In this document: positions 9,469-18,420 of the stretch, in pieces
Numbering within the stretch: the stretch's first letter is position 1
Layout: each line of letters starts with the position of its first letter
IMG/VR virus record: IMGVR_UViG_3300020045_003955
Location: 1 to 39,065 of that record
Length of the DNA stretch: 39,065 bases
Direction: 5' to 3' (one strand)
Origin: a virus
Lineage: Duplodnaviria; Caudoviricetes
Notes under the pieces: model-generated
What the model saw: the letters and a program-made list of their open reading frames with translations, nothing else
Database searches by the model: none
Told to the model about the DNA's origin: nothing
Made by a program: the position numbers and the translations under genes

Positions 9469-9939
9469 TTAACCTACAATGTAGTTATCGTAGGTAACGC
9501 CAATGTTGAAGGTGATATTTGCGGTAGCATCTGCGGCGGCAGTCTTAAGTTGTACAACAACCCAACCACTAGCAGGCGTAACCAAAGTCATACCTTCAAT
9601 TTCATCAACAGTAACGAAGCCGCCCGATTGCGCAGCCGTAGACAACGATGCAAACGCATCAGGGTCATCGGTCGTGGAATCGGAGTAAACAACACCAAGG
9701 TTGACGGTCGTAGTACCCGCACCAAAGTTGCCGCAATACACGGAGTTACTGTTTACTTGGAAGCGTGCGCCAGCTTGGAATGGGAACAAGCCCACATAAG
9801 CATCAGCAGCTGTACCAGAAACAACACTAACGGAGCCAGCAACAGAACGGACGGCACCGCTGCGGTCAACAGCAGGTGCGTTTAGGAAGTCAGTGTCAGT
9901 GTTCTGATAGCCAACTGGGACAATAGCAATAGTAGTCAT
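9469..9939 (-). CDS. Capsid decoration/cement protein
   Basis: 156 aa beta-sandwich-type protein immediately after the MCP; strong SD aaggag. Confidence 0.65.
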   Translation of the reverse strand: MTTIAIVPVGYQNTDTDFLNAPAVDRSGAVRSVAGSVSVVSGTAADAYVGLFPFQAGARFQVNSNSVYCGNFGAGTTTVNLGVVYSDSTTDDPDAFASLSTAAQSGGFVTVDEIEGMTLVTPASGWVVVQLKTAAADATANITFNIGVTYDNYIVG

Positions 9940-9951
9940 TTTTTATACTCC

Positions 9952-11082
9952 TTATGCGTGCGCAGCAGCGTAGGTTGAGATAACGAACACACCAACATCT
10001 TGGGAGTTCGTGGCAACGGTTTTCTTAGCACCATAGATCAGACGACCTTCAATACCTTTGAAATATTCATAGTCTTTCAACTGTGTTTTGTATTTCAATG
10101 GGACGTCAGTATCGGACAAGCGACCACCGAAAGGCGAGGCGAATGTCAGAGCGTCTTTACCTACCAGAACGGCGCGGCGGACGGTCGTGATAACTGCGGA
10201 AGTATCAGAACGCTGACCATAAGCTACGCGAGGCGCGGAGTAGATGTTTACGTTACGATATTTACCTGCAACCATCAGGCCACCTTTGGACAGACCTTCC
10301 AAGAGAGCAGCGCGGTTGTTACCAGAAGTAACTTCTGCCAATTGGATGTTGAGCCATTGGATTGGAGCCGTTGTGTCTTCCATAAGGTCAACCATTTGCT
10401 CTTCGGAAAGGAACAAGTCAAACGTACCATCATCGAAACGCTCGATAGGTTGGTTCGAGTTGTTGATTTTTTCCAAAGCATAGTTAACCAAGGAAAGCGT
10501 CATTTTGTCCGAGGAGGTCAAGGCTTGGTCAGTGGCGGCAGCATTTGGACGCAGAATGCGTTCAGAGCTTGGCGCCACTGGGGTGTTATGACCTTGAACG
10601 AACAGTTTATCCGTACCAGCCCAGGTCGTGCCGTTAAGTGTAAACGAGGTAGGGTTAGCGCCAGCCAGTTGATAGAATACGGAGGTGTCAATCAGTTCGG
10701 CATGACGATTTGGGATAACCTTACGCGTGCGCTCTGGGAAGTCTACGAGCGTGCGTTGTTGTTCGATAGTGTCATCGTTAGGGTTAAGAACACCGATACG
10801 GGTGGTATTCATGGCCAGCGAGAAAGAGCCGAGGTTCAGGGCTTCTTCATTGCCGTCCAGAGTACTGCCTTCACCAACTGGGATACCAGTCAGTTTGTTG
10901 GTGTAGTCATAGGTAAGTTGATCTCCACGGGCGCGTTGGCCGAGGAATTCTTCAGGGAAATAGATAGCGCCACGGTCCATCATGTGACCGAAGGCTGTCT
11001 TTTGACCCATGTTGAGCCAGTCAGAGACGGCCCATTTTTTGACGGTAAGAGCGTTACCAGTCAACATAGATGTTGAGGACAT
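9952..11082 (-). CDS. Major capsid protein (N4-gp56 / DUF4043-like)
   Basis: 376 aa; LTVKKW...RGDQLT...EGSTLDGNEEAL...EQQRTLVDF motifs; follows portal and scaffold; strongly biased codon usage. Confidence 0.9.
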   Translation of the reverse strand: MSSTSMLTGNALTVKKWAVSDWLNMGQKTAFGHMMDRGAIYFPEEFLGQRARGDQLTYDYTNKLTGIPVGEGSTLDGNEEALNLGSFSLAMNTTRIGVLNPNDDTIEQQRTLVDFPERTRKVIPNRHAELIDTSVFYQLAGANPTSFTLNGTTWAGTDKLFVQGHNTPVAPSSERILRPNAAATDQALTSSDKMTLSLVNYALEKINNSNQPIERFDDGTFDLFLSEEQMVDLMEDTTAPIQWLNIQLAEVTSGNNRAALLEGLSKGGLMVAGKYRNVNIYSAPRVAYGQRSDTSAVITTVRRAVLVGKDALTFASPFGGRLSDTDVPLKYKTQLKDYEYFKGIEGRLIYGAKKTVATNSQDVGVFVISTYAAAHA

Positions 11083-11222
11083 GTTTGTTCCTTGTGTTTA
11101 AGTTGAATTAGGGTTCCAACTGCAACAAGTTTTATAGTGGTAGCATCCACTCCATCCCGTAACGTGGGCGAATCGTTTTAGCAGTGCAGCTTAAAGCCTC
11201 TGCGCGGCCTCCATTACTGGGC
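11083..11222 (-). ncRNA. Candidate structured 5' leader RNA of the major capsid gene
   Basis: About 140 nt non-coding with four hairpins (11181-11203, about 11152-11172, 11136-11151, 11101-11121); UAAAAC linkers follow the first and third. Confidence 0.5.
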
Positions 11223-11228
11223 AATAGA

Positions 11229-11257
11229 ACTATAACACGGGTTTAAAGCCCGTGCAA
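11229..11257 (-). promoter_or_regulatory. Sigma70-like promoter for the capsid genes with overlapping inverted repeat
   Basis: TTGCAC-17-TATAGT; the CACGGG-N7-CCCGTG palindrome (11236-11254) covers the spacer. Confidence 0.65.
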
Positions 11258-11264
11258 TAGATAA

Positions 11265-11318
11265 TTAGCAGCCCTTTTTGGTAGGCTTTGGCGTCTTGGT
11301 AGGTTTTGCTTTCTTCAT
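11265..11318 (-). CDS. 17-aa basic peptide MKKAKPTKTPKPTKKGC
   Basis: ATG..TAA with strong SD (agaaaggacggagaa) between scaffold and capsid promoter; below the ORF track cut-off. Confidence 0.6.
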   Translation of the reverse strand: MKKAKPTKTPKPTKKGC

Positions 11319-11331
11319 TTCTCCGTCCTTT

Positions 11332-12111
11332 CTATACGCGTTTTTCGCTTATGGCTTTGGACCAGTCGGCGATTGTCATTGCGGTATTAGGTTGAAACGA
11401 AGCAGTGCCACGACCCGGCGCGCCCGCCATACCAGCAGAACGCTTTTGGTTCTCGTGAACCTTATTCATATCTGGCTTGCGTTCTTTGACCTCCTCTTTA
11501 GGCTCTGGCTGTTTGTAACTTAAGCCTAACGATTTTGCATCGTGATACATTTCTTCAATCGGGTTTAAGCCTTGATTATAATAAGAGCCAGCCTTAATGA
11601 GCAATTTACGATTGGTTTCTTTCAATAACTGGTCATGTGTCAAGCGTGGGTTGTCGAGGCGAATTGAGTTATAAAGAGCCACTTTGTAACCCGTGGACAC
11701 TTCTTCAAAGTCACTCGGGGCCTGACGTTTAAACTCTTCTTCAAGCTGGCTAAACTCTTGCCCGGCTTTTTCGAATTTTTTGTCTTCAATTATTTCCAAT
11801 ATGTCAGGATGAATTTCTGTCTGTTCGGCTGTTTCAGGCGCTTCCAAGGCAGCGGCACGGGCCTCAGCTTCTTCTGCGCGGCGTTCAGCATCCTTAATGC
11901 GCTTTGCCTCTGCAACACGCTCACGGCGCTCACGGGCAAAATCATCAGCCGTTTTCTCTTCCTTCTTAGGCTCTTCTTCTTTAGGGGCCTCATCAACGAC
12001 AGGCTCTTCCGGTGTGTCATCAACGGGCTGCTCTGTGTTTTCTTCCTGTTCAGGCTCGTCAATAGCCTGTTCAATAGTGTCTTCGGCTTCAAGTATGTCT
12101 TTTAAACTCAT
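11332..12111 (-). CDS. Capsid scaffolding protein
   Basis: 259 aa, very acidic N-terminus, coiled coil, located between portal and MCP. Confidence 0.8.
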   Translation of the reverse strand: MSLKDILEAEDTIEQAIDEPEQEENTEQPVDDTPEEPVVDEAPKEEEPKKEEKTADDFARERRERVAEAKRIKDAERRAEEAEARAAALEAPETAEQTEIHPDILEIIEDKKFEKAGQEFSQLEEEFKRQAPSDFEEVSTGYKVALYNSIRLDNPRLTHDQLLKETNRKLLIKAGSYYNQGLNPIEEMYHDAKSLGLSYKQPEPKEEVKERKPDMNKVHENQKRSAGMAGAPGRGTASFQPNTAMTIADWSKAISEKRV

Positions 12112-12123
12112 GCGGTGGCTCCT

Positions 12124-14259
12124 TTATATGTTAACGCTTGCACTTTCGTATTGTCCTGATTTGACAATATCCTTCTCATACGCTGTTCTGGCCGCTTCTT
12201 CAAGTGTCTTAGCGGTGACTGCTTGCGTCTGTCCGACCTTAGCTTGTTCAACCTGAGCGCGGGCGGCTGCAAGATTGGCATCGGCCATAAGCTTACCGAC
12301 CTGCGCTTGCGTGAGTTCGCTTTTAAGCTGCTCAAGTTCGGCTTGCATAGCAGCGAACTGGTTCGGATCAATCTGGCCCTGTTGCGGTTGGAGTGATTGC
12401 AGTAATTCATTGCGGATCTGGCCGTCAATGTTAAGCATCTTAACGGATTGCGCATAAAACACCTTGGCAGTGGCGATATCGCCCACAGCGGCGAGTTTAT
12501 CGCCATAAGTCCCCAATGTAGCAGCGGTCTCTTCTTTATCCTCTGGCGTTTGCGGGGCCTCTTGAATGGTTACGTCATATTCAGCGGCCAATGCGTCCGA
12601 ATTAACCATGGCAAATTCTTCCTTGCCGTCTTCTCCCGTAATGCGGAACATGGCGCCATCGTTGTTTTCTACCCAAACGCGAATCAAATCAGCCATCATA
12701 CGGGCGTGTTCTTTTTGATACATGGTCACGGAATCGACATAACGCGCCATTGTCGAGATAATCTGGCGAATACGGCGCTTAAACAATATACCCGACTCGT
12801 CCATTCCTTTTTCACGGCTACCAAGGAACGCAGGGTCTACACCAGAAGCGGTATCCACGGCAGCGGCACTCAATTGCACCAAACCTTCTAAGCCAGTAGG
12901 AACTTGCGGACGGGCTTTTTCTTGTATCTTCCCACCTGATAATGCGCCATCACGGACTTCAATCACTGCATCAGTCTTTGCCCACTTGGAAGAGAAGTCC
13001 GTAATATCCTCAACCGCGTTGGATTCTACCATCACCCCGCCTTTAGAGTTCGAGGCAATAGTAAACATCAACTCAGTCAAGGATTTGTTATAGTAACGCG
13101 CTGGCTCCATCATGGCGTTAACCATGCCAATCCATACTTTGTGCGTATCGTCATAAATACCAGTCTTGAACTTAATCGAGAAACCTTGCTGGCATATGGA
13201 TTTGAAGTACTGGAATACGTGATTACCAGAAATGATCGCCGTGTAGAAGCACTTGCGCTTAAAGCCGACAGGCTTAATCAAATTACCGAACTCTTTAGCC
13301 AATAACCCTTTCGCCTTATCGTTAAACGTCAGCACTTCGGCTTCGGGATCAAAATCAAACATGTCAGTCGTTTGCGCCCCATCAGGACCCACCAACGTAT
13401 TAACCTGTTCAGCAATCATTTGCATACGGAACAAGGCTTCTTGTACCAATTCCGGCTGCAAGGCTTTTAATGGATTGGCGGCGCGGTAAAAGTTCTCATA
13501 CTCAAACCACTGATAGTTATAAACCCGCACCATGTCTTCGGACTTAGTAGCCCACTCCACACTATCTTCGTCTTTAATCTTATCGTAAACGCCACCATAC
13601 GGATTGTACTTATAGCCAGAATCCTGCGTCACATCATCAACGGATTGGAAGTCCCCAGCCTCAGAGCCTTGGAATAATTGAAGGGCCTCCTTGAGGTCAT
13701 AATCCTGCCAGTAATACGCCCAACGTGCATCCATTAAATTCTTTTGCTTGGCGTGCGTATCCCAGCCCACACACAACGGGTCTAGGCGCATCATAAGGAT
13801 TTCGCCGTTCGGGTCGGTCGTGGCATTACCTTGAATGTAAGTTAAATCAGTTTCAACCGCGCCATAACCATTAATCAGCATGTCGGCGTCTTGGTCTGTC
13901 TCAATATGGTCAGCGTTCATGTTCTCGCGGTGAAACGAATGAAGCGCGTTCATGTATCTGGAATACATCTCTTGTTCTTGCGAGCCAGAAAGTCGGGCGA
14001 TGTATTTAGTCTGTCTGCGGTTCTGTGCCATAAAGCCCGCAACCGCGTCAACAGGCGGCTTTACCTTATTGAATTGCACAGCAGCAGCGCGTCTGCGTCC
14101 CGCATCATCAGAGAACTGAATCTTATCCGTATAGGCCATAGTATCGCCGTTATAAAACGCAATACAGGACCGCGTGTTGTTGTACTGCGAACCAATACCT
14201 GTTGAGGTAATGCGCTTGTGCTTATCCCATTGGGAGGCTATTTCAGTTTCTCTTGTCAT
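12124..14259 (-). CDS. Portal protein (P22 gp1-like with C-terminal barrel)
   Basis: 711 aa; FYNGD, FNKVKPPVDAVAG, DARW and ESGILFKRR motifs, Gln-rich coiled-coil C-terminus; follows terL. Confidence 0.9.
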   Translation of the reverse strand: MTRETEIASQWDKHKRITSTGIGSQYNNTRSCIAFYNGDTMAYTDKIQFSDDAGRRRAAAVQFNKVKPPVDAVAGFMAQNRRQTKYIARLSGSQEQEMYSRYMNALHSFHRENMNADHIETDQDADMLINGYGAVETDLTYIQGNATTDPNGEILMMRLDPLCVGWDTHAKQKNLMDARWAYYWQDYDLKEALQLFQGSEAGDFQSVDDVTQDSGYKYNPYGGVYDKIKDEDSVEWATKSEDMVRVYNYQWFEYENFYRAANPLKALQPELVQEALFRMQMIAEQVNTLVGPDGAQTTDMFDFDPEAEVLTFNDKAKGLLAKEFGNLIKPVGFKRKCFYTAIISGNHVFQYFKSICQQGFSIKFKTGIYDDTHKVWIGMVNAMMEPARYYNKSLTELMFTIASNSKGGVMVESNAVEDITDFSSKWAKTDAVIEVRDGALSGGKIQEKARPQVPTGLEGLVQLSAAAVDTASGVDPAFLGSREKGMDESGILFKRRIRQIISTMARYVDSVTMYQKEHARMMADLIRVWVENNDGAMFRITGEDGKEEFAMVNSDALAAEYDVTIQEAPQTPEDKEETAATLGTYGDKLAAVGDIATAKVFYAQSVKMLNIDGQIRNELLQSLQPQQGQIDPNQFAAMQAELEQLKSELTQAQVGKLMADANLAAARAQVEQAKVGQTQAVTAKTLEEAARTAYEKDIVKSGQYESASVNI

Positions 14260-15812
14260 AGGTCATGATACCAGTCACCAGTTGAACGATCAACGTCATA
14301 AGCTCTTGCCACTCTGGTAGTCTTGGGTTTTGGAAATACCATAAATAGTTCTTCTTCTTTTATACGACTTAATGCGTCAATGCAGTCATCGTGCCTTGCC
14401 CTAGGAAACGTGGCCATCTCCCCTTGTAATATCTCTTGAACGAGGTCGAATTGACGGCCCTCGCCATCTACGTATAACATAGTATTTGGAAAAAACCAAC
14501 GGCCATTTTGCATGTCAGGGATTAATCTGCGGATTCTTTCCTCTTTTGCCATAGAACCACCTAGTTCTGTAATGCTAAAGTTATACGCATCCGTTCTCAT
14601 TTTCTCGCGGATATAATGGGTATCCGTCATCATGCCGTATTTCTCATACCCCACTTTGGGCGGCTTTCCGCATAGATCATTCCATTTACGATGAAGCATA
14701 AACAGCGTGTCAATGCGCTCCGTAGGGTTTAGACGGTCACGTATTACGTCAAGCAAATAGTAATTGTTATCAGGTGCAAGCCCCACAACCACCATTGCCG
14801 TCCAGTCGGAATTCTTTTTCTTCTTTTTGTTCAATTCATCGCCGCCAGATGGATCGACAAGGATAACAACATTCATCTCCTTGGGTCTTATGCCGCCTTG
14901 AGCGTAGTACTTAATCCATTCAGGGAGAAACTCACCGCCGCCAATCGGTACAGGCTCCTGCAATATCTGGCCAGCGTAGTTGTATTCCCCAAGGTCCGCA
15001 CGCAACCCGTCTAAAACCTCGCGTGTAAGCCGGTCAGGGAATAACAACTCGCCCGGCTCCATGCGCCACGTTTTGCCGTTTAAGTCGTAAACAATCGGCT
15101 GGCTCGTCAGGTTTTCGCCCGGTAGTTTGAGAACATGCCACCTATCAGGGTCTTTAAGTGCAAAGTGTCCTGTTGGGTCATCATCGTGCAGCCGCTGCAT
15201 AATCAACAACCACTTAGCATTGCGAAGGTCATTAAAGCGCGTGGGGATTGTCGAGGCAATCTGCGCATTAGTATTTTCGCGGACTGTAGGGCTAAACGCC
15301 TCAGTGGGGTTCACAGGATCATCAAGTAAAACGTAGGTACTGCCACGGCCAGTTACAGACATAATAGCGCTTGAGAAATACATCCCGCGCTTTGTCGTCC
15401 AGAAATTATGTTTCTCGTTCTGTGTGCTGTCCAATCGCATTGCAGGGAATATCCGCTGATACCAGTCAGACTCGATAAGAATACGTGACTTTTGCGCCAT
15501 TTCCTTAGCTAGTGTGGCGTTAAACGATGTCGCAATGAACTTCTCATGCGCGTCATTACCCAGTACCCACGCGGGAAAAGCAATTGAGGCTAGGTATGAT
15601 TTCAGTGAGCGAGGGGGTACATTAATGCAAAGGCGCGTCTTGCCGTTAGGAAGTGTTCCCTCATGCAAAGCCTGTAAATGGTCAGCAACGCATCCTATGT
15701 GCCACGACCATTCAAACTTAATGCCGGGATTTACTTCTCTAAACGCACGCTCTGCAAACGCATCAAAGTTCGTTCGGCATAAAGCGTCAAATGCTTCTAC
15801 TTCATTTGCCAT
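14256..15812 (-). CDS. terL: Terminase large subunit
   Basis: INVPPRSLKS (Walker A variant), VLLDDP (Walker B), IMQRLH coupling motif, nuclease VDPS..SDWTA..FPRARHDDCIDA; start set at ATG 15812. Confidence 0.95.
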   Translation of the reverse strand: MANEVEAFDALCRTNFDAFAERAFREVNPGIKFEWSWHIGCVADHLQALHEGTLPNGKTRLCINVPPRSLKSYLASIAFPAWVLGNDAHEKFIATSFNATLAKEMAQKSRILIESDWYQRIFPAMRLDSTQNEKHNFWTTKRGMYFSSAIMSVTGRGSTYVLLDDPVNPTEAFSPTVRENTNAQIASTIPTRFNDLRNAKWLLIMQRLHDDDPTGHFALKDPDRWHVLKLPGENLTSQPIVYDLNGKTWRMEPGELLFPDRLTREVLDGLRADLGEYNYAGQILQEPVPIGGGEFLPEWIKYYAQGGIRPKEMNVVILVDPSGGDELNKKKKKNSDWTAMVVVGLAPDNNYYLLDVIRDRLNPTERIDTLFMLHRKWNDLCGKPPKVGYEKYGMMTDTHYIREKMRTDAYNFSITELGGSMAKEERIRRLIPDMQNGRWFFPNTMLYVDGEGRQFDLVQEILQGEMATFPRARHDDCIDALSRIKEEELFMVFPKPKTTRVARAYDVDRSTGDWYHDL

Positions 15813-15921
15813 ACGGCACCAAAGACACCGAGCCATCAGGCTTTATAACGTCAAGATGATAGGAAGTAGGGCTGAACTTCACAACGCAATCAGGATATAG
15901 CTCTTTTACGTCCTTAATCAC
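15802..15921 (-). CDS. Hypothetical 39-aa protein
   Basis: GTG overlapping the upstream TGA; MIKDVKELYPDCVVKFSPTSYHLDVIKPDGSVSLVPYGK fills the gap before terL. Confidence 0.5.
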   Translation of the reverse strand: MIKDVKELYPDCVVKFSPTSYHLDVIKPDGSVSLVPYGK

Positions 15922-16289
15922 TTCAACACCGAATCCGCACACCGAATGATACTAATCAAAGGCATTCTAAGCGGCCCCTCGTCTGTCTTCTTGCCGTGAG
16001 CAAAATACCAACGCTCTTCGTCAAAACGAACATGTAAGCCCATTCTGATATGCCCGTCTAAAGCTTCCCGAACTAACGACTCATTGGAACGCTTAGCGGG
16101 CGGGCGGTTCATTAACCTTGCATCGTATTCAGGCTTGGGAACGATTGTCTCGACCTTTGGCAATTGCTCTTGTTGCCTTAAGCTAATATCTTGGCGCAGT
16201 TGAATATCCGTTTTGGAGAATATATCCTGAATCCCATAAGACTGGGCAATGCCGCGCAGTTGGTGGATGGATAGCTTTTCAAGGCTCAT
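15918..16289 (-). CDS. Hypothetical protein, N-terminal HeH/Rho-N-like motif (paralogue of 16286-16732)
   Basis: LEKLSIHQLRGIAQSYGI...; C-terminal GLHVRFDEERWYF...DEGPLRMPL. Confidence 0.7.
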   Translation of the reverse strand: MSLEKLSIHQLRGIAQSYGIQDIFSKTDIQLRQDISLRQQEQLPKVETIVPKPEYDARLMNRPPAKRSNESLVREALDGHIRMGLHVRFDEERWYFAHGKKTDEGPLRMPLISIIRCADSVLK

Positions 16290-16732
16290 GCCAACATCTT
16301 CACGCCGTCAACGTCAACACGGGCCGGTAAACGCGCACGCATCAATGAATAGGCACGCTGCTCAATAACCGTAAGTGGAATAGTTACACTGCCCGAATCC
16401 TCTGCCACACCGTTCTTAAAATGCCATGTCTTACCATCATCAAGGAAAGAGACCTTTAGGCCGCGCTGGATCATTGGCTGCACGACAACCATGATTTCAT
16501 CGGCTGTCAGTGTGATAACAGGTGCAGGTGCTTTAACGGACTCCTCTTTCTCGCCTAAGTCGCTAGGCTGGATGGTGTTCTGGATACGCATAATAGACTC
16601 AATCATGCTCGGCTCTTTTGCCATATGGTGTGGCGGCTGCCCTAGCGAAACCAGAATAGCACGCAATTCCTCACGGCTTTTCGGGGTCAATTGCTCCTTG
16701 GCATACTTTGGTATGTTCATTTGCGTCATCAT
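16286..16732 (-). CDS. Hypothetical protein, N-terminal HeH/Rho-N-like motif (paralogue of 15918-16289)
   Basis: LTPKSREELRAILVSLG...; C-terminal GLKVSFLDDGKTWHF...DSGSVTIPL. Confidence 0.7.
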   Translation of the reverse strand: MMTQMNIPKYAKEQLTPKSREELRAILVSLGQPPHHMAKEPSMIESIMRIQNTIQPSDLGEKEESVKAPAPVITLTADEIMVVVQPMIQRGLKVSFLDDGKTWHFKNGVAEDSGSVTIPLTVIEQRAYSLMRARLPARVDVDGVKMLA

Positions 16733-17007
16733 TGTACAACACTCCGTGCGGCTTCGGCTTCCATTAAGCCTTCGTCAATGTAGGCTACAAACTGTTTGGC
16801 GCTTTCAATAACACCCTTGGTATCATTTGGCATGTTTGTCTGGCCGTTTACGCGCTGCGCTTGCTCCATGGCCCAGAGCAGTTTTTGCTTGTCTACTTCA
16901 ACGGTCAGGTTTTCTTTGCGTGTAGCGTCAAGTTGCGCCTCAAGGTCAAGCACCTGTTTTGCAAGTTTGGAAAAATTCTCTGTGGTAAATTCTAGTGTAT
17001 CACTCAT
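16729..17007 (-). CDS. Hypothetical coiled-coil protein
   Basis: Start at ATG 17007 with SD aaggag; coupled to the downstream gene. Confidence 0.7.
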   Translation of the reverse strand: MSDTLEFTTENFSKLAKQVLDLEAQLDATRKENLTVEVDKQKLLWAMEQAQRVNGQTNMPNDTKGVIESAKQFVAYIDEGLMEAEAARSVVQ

Positions 17008-17058
17008 ATGGTGGCTCCTTTTGTCAAAGCCTAGCAAACAAATCCGCGCACGTAAAGT

Positions 17059-17364
17059 CTATTTTTTACTGGCGTTAATGTAGCGTTCAAGGATGGCTTT
17101 ATCTTCTGCTGCAAGGGTTGTTGTGGTATGTAGAGGATTTTCCTTATCCCCCGCTATAGTAGTTGGCAGGACCTTACCAACAAGCGTCATCAGGCTTGAA
17201 CGGTCCTTTTCCTCTGCTGTTTCGAGAAAGAATCGTGTCATGCCCGTGCAGTCATCGGGCATGGGTTCACCCATAAGCATACGCCCCTTGATTTCAATTG
17301 CATCAAGTATTGCCTCTTTAAGGCCCTTAGTAACTTTGTTCAATGATCCTGCTGGTCTACCCAT
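17059..17364 (-). CDS. terS: Terminase small subunit
   Basis: GRPAGSLNKVTKGLKEAIL...LVGKVLP..IAGDKENPL, a typical small terminase signature; upstream of terL. Confidence 0.75.
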   Translation of the reverse strand: MGRPAGSLNKVTKGLKEAILDAIEIKGRMLMGEPMPDDCTGMTRFFLETAEEKDRSSLMTLVGKVLPTTIAGDKENPLHTTTTLAAEDKAILERYINASKK

Positions 17365-17372
17365 AATCTAGT

Positions 17373-17401
17373 ATTATACTCTAAAGCTTAAAGAAAGTCT
17401 A
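17373..17401 (-). promoter_or_regulatory. Sigma70-like promoter of the late/packaging operon (near-leaderless terS mRNA)
   Basis: TAGACT-17-TATAAT, 8 nt before the terS ATG; no SD. Confidence 0.7.
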
Positions 17402-17406
17402 GCCCC

Positions 17407-17574
17407 CTATCTTCCCCGCTCCATTTTCTCAATAAGCTCCTCGGACAAATGCGCGTATTTATGCCGTAAATCATCGACAGTGCCGACATGCTCGATATCA
17501 GTGCTTTCCAGTGACGCTATGGTTTCGGCGTTTGGTGTGTTGCCGTGATTTTTGCAGAATTTACATTCTTTCAT
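17407..17574 (-). CDS. Hypothetical protein (CxxC)
   Basis: ATG 17574 with SD gaggt; MKECKFCKNHG. Confidence 0.55.
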   Translation of the reverse strand: MKECKFCKNHGNTPNAETIASLESTDIEHVGTVDDLRHKYAHLSEELIEKMERGR

Positions 17575-17767
17575 ATTTACCTCTGTATATCTTAGGCATA
17601 TTCTCAGCAAGGACCCGCCCCGTAATTCTCATCGACTCTCTGATATTTCTCATCATCGGTATAAGTCTGGCTTCACGCTCAATAAATTCCTCGTAATTGC
17701 CTGCAAAGATAACCTTTGTGACTTTAAACCACAAGCTTAGTTTTCTGCGTATATTATTTAGTTTCAT
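17561..17767 (-). CDS. Hypothetical protein
   Basis: 68 aa, ATGA-coupled in a chain of small genes. Confidence 0.55.
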   Translation of the reverse strand: MKLNNIRRKLSLWFKVTKVIFAGNYEEFIEREARLIPMMRNIRESMRITGRVLAENMPKIYRGKYERM

Positions 17768-17967
17768 CTTTCACCCCACACCAAAAGCATAGCCACTGGT
17801 ATGGCCCCATCCTTTTTCTTAAGCCACTCCGCAGCCGATTCGTATGTGCTGTGTTCCGTCTTTAGGTAAACATTGTTAATCGTGTGCTTTGCCGTCCAGT
17901 GATTGCCTTTTCCACCTATCATACCCGGCACGTATCCTATTCTAAAATCAAGATGGTTCGTTTTCAT
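17764..17967 (-). CDS. Hypothetical protein
   Basis: ATG 17967 with SD aggagg. Confidence 0.6.
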   Translation of the reverse strand: MKTNHLDFRIGYVPGMIGGKGNHWTAKHTINNVYLKTEHSTYESAAEWLKKKDGAIPVAMLLVWGER

Positions 17968-18100
17968 CCCTAGCCTCCTGAATAATCCGCCATACCTCGG
18001 CAGTAAGTTCGTTATGTGTAGGCTCACGTCCTAGCTTGCGTTTTAGTGTGTTGTGTATGGTGTCGGGGTTGTTGTTGGTCCATGTAATTGTGGGGGTCAT
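17948..18100 (-). CDS. Hypothetical 50-aa protein
   Basis: ATGA-coupled to 18097-18420; MTPTITWTNNNPDTIHNTLKRKLGREPTHNELTAEVWRII. Confidence 0.55.
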   Translation of the reverse strand: MTPTITWTNNNPDTIHNTLKRKLGREPTHNELTAEVWRIIQEARDENEPS

Positions 18101-18420
18101 ACCGATTCCTTGTTTAATATCGTTTGCATAAGAATAGTTACAACAGCATGCTGCATATCGGATGGGGTTTCTTTAACCTTCCTAAGGATTATTTCAGCAT
18201 ATTGCCCTGCCCTGTCGGAGCTTTTCACAGTCTGTAATCTTTCTAGCAATAAGTCAGCCCTAACGTATTGAGTCCGTTTATACTTTGAGCGCGATTGTGT
18301 GATTGTTTGTTTAGAACCGCAACGAGGCTCTGGAAATACTGACCAAAAGCCGCCTGTCACAGTTCCATCCCTGCGACCACTATCGTTAGCGTAAATTATT
18401 TCTGGTATATCGTTGCTCAT
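18097..18420 (-). CDS. Hypothetical protein
   Basis: 107 aa, ATGA coupling; PEIIY...TQYVRADL motif common in small phage genes. Confidence 0.65.
   Translation of the reverse strand: MSNDIPEIIYANDSGRRDGTVTGGFWSVFPEPRCGSKQTITQSRSKYKRTQYVRADLLLERLQTVKSSDRAGQYAEIILRKVKETPSDMQHAVVTILMQTILNKESV

Noticed and set aside
10000-11076. 358-aa plus-strand ORF antisense to the capsid gene
   Set aside because: It is a shadow ORF in codon register with the highly biased MCP gene, with no recognisable motifs or SD.
12108-12506. 132-aa alternative-frame ORF in the portal 3' end, suggesting a frameshift product
   Set aside because: No SD or slippery site was seen and the composition is typical of an off-frame read.
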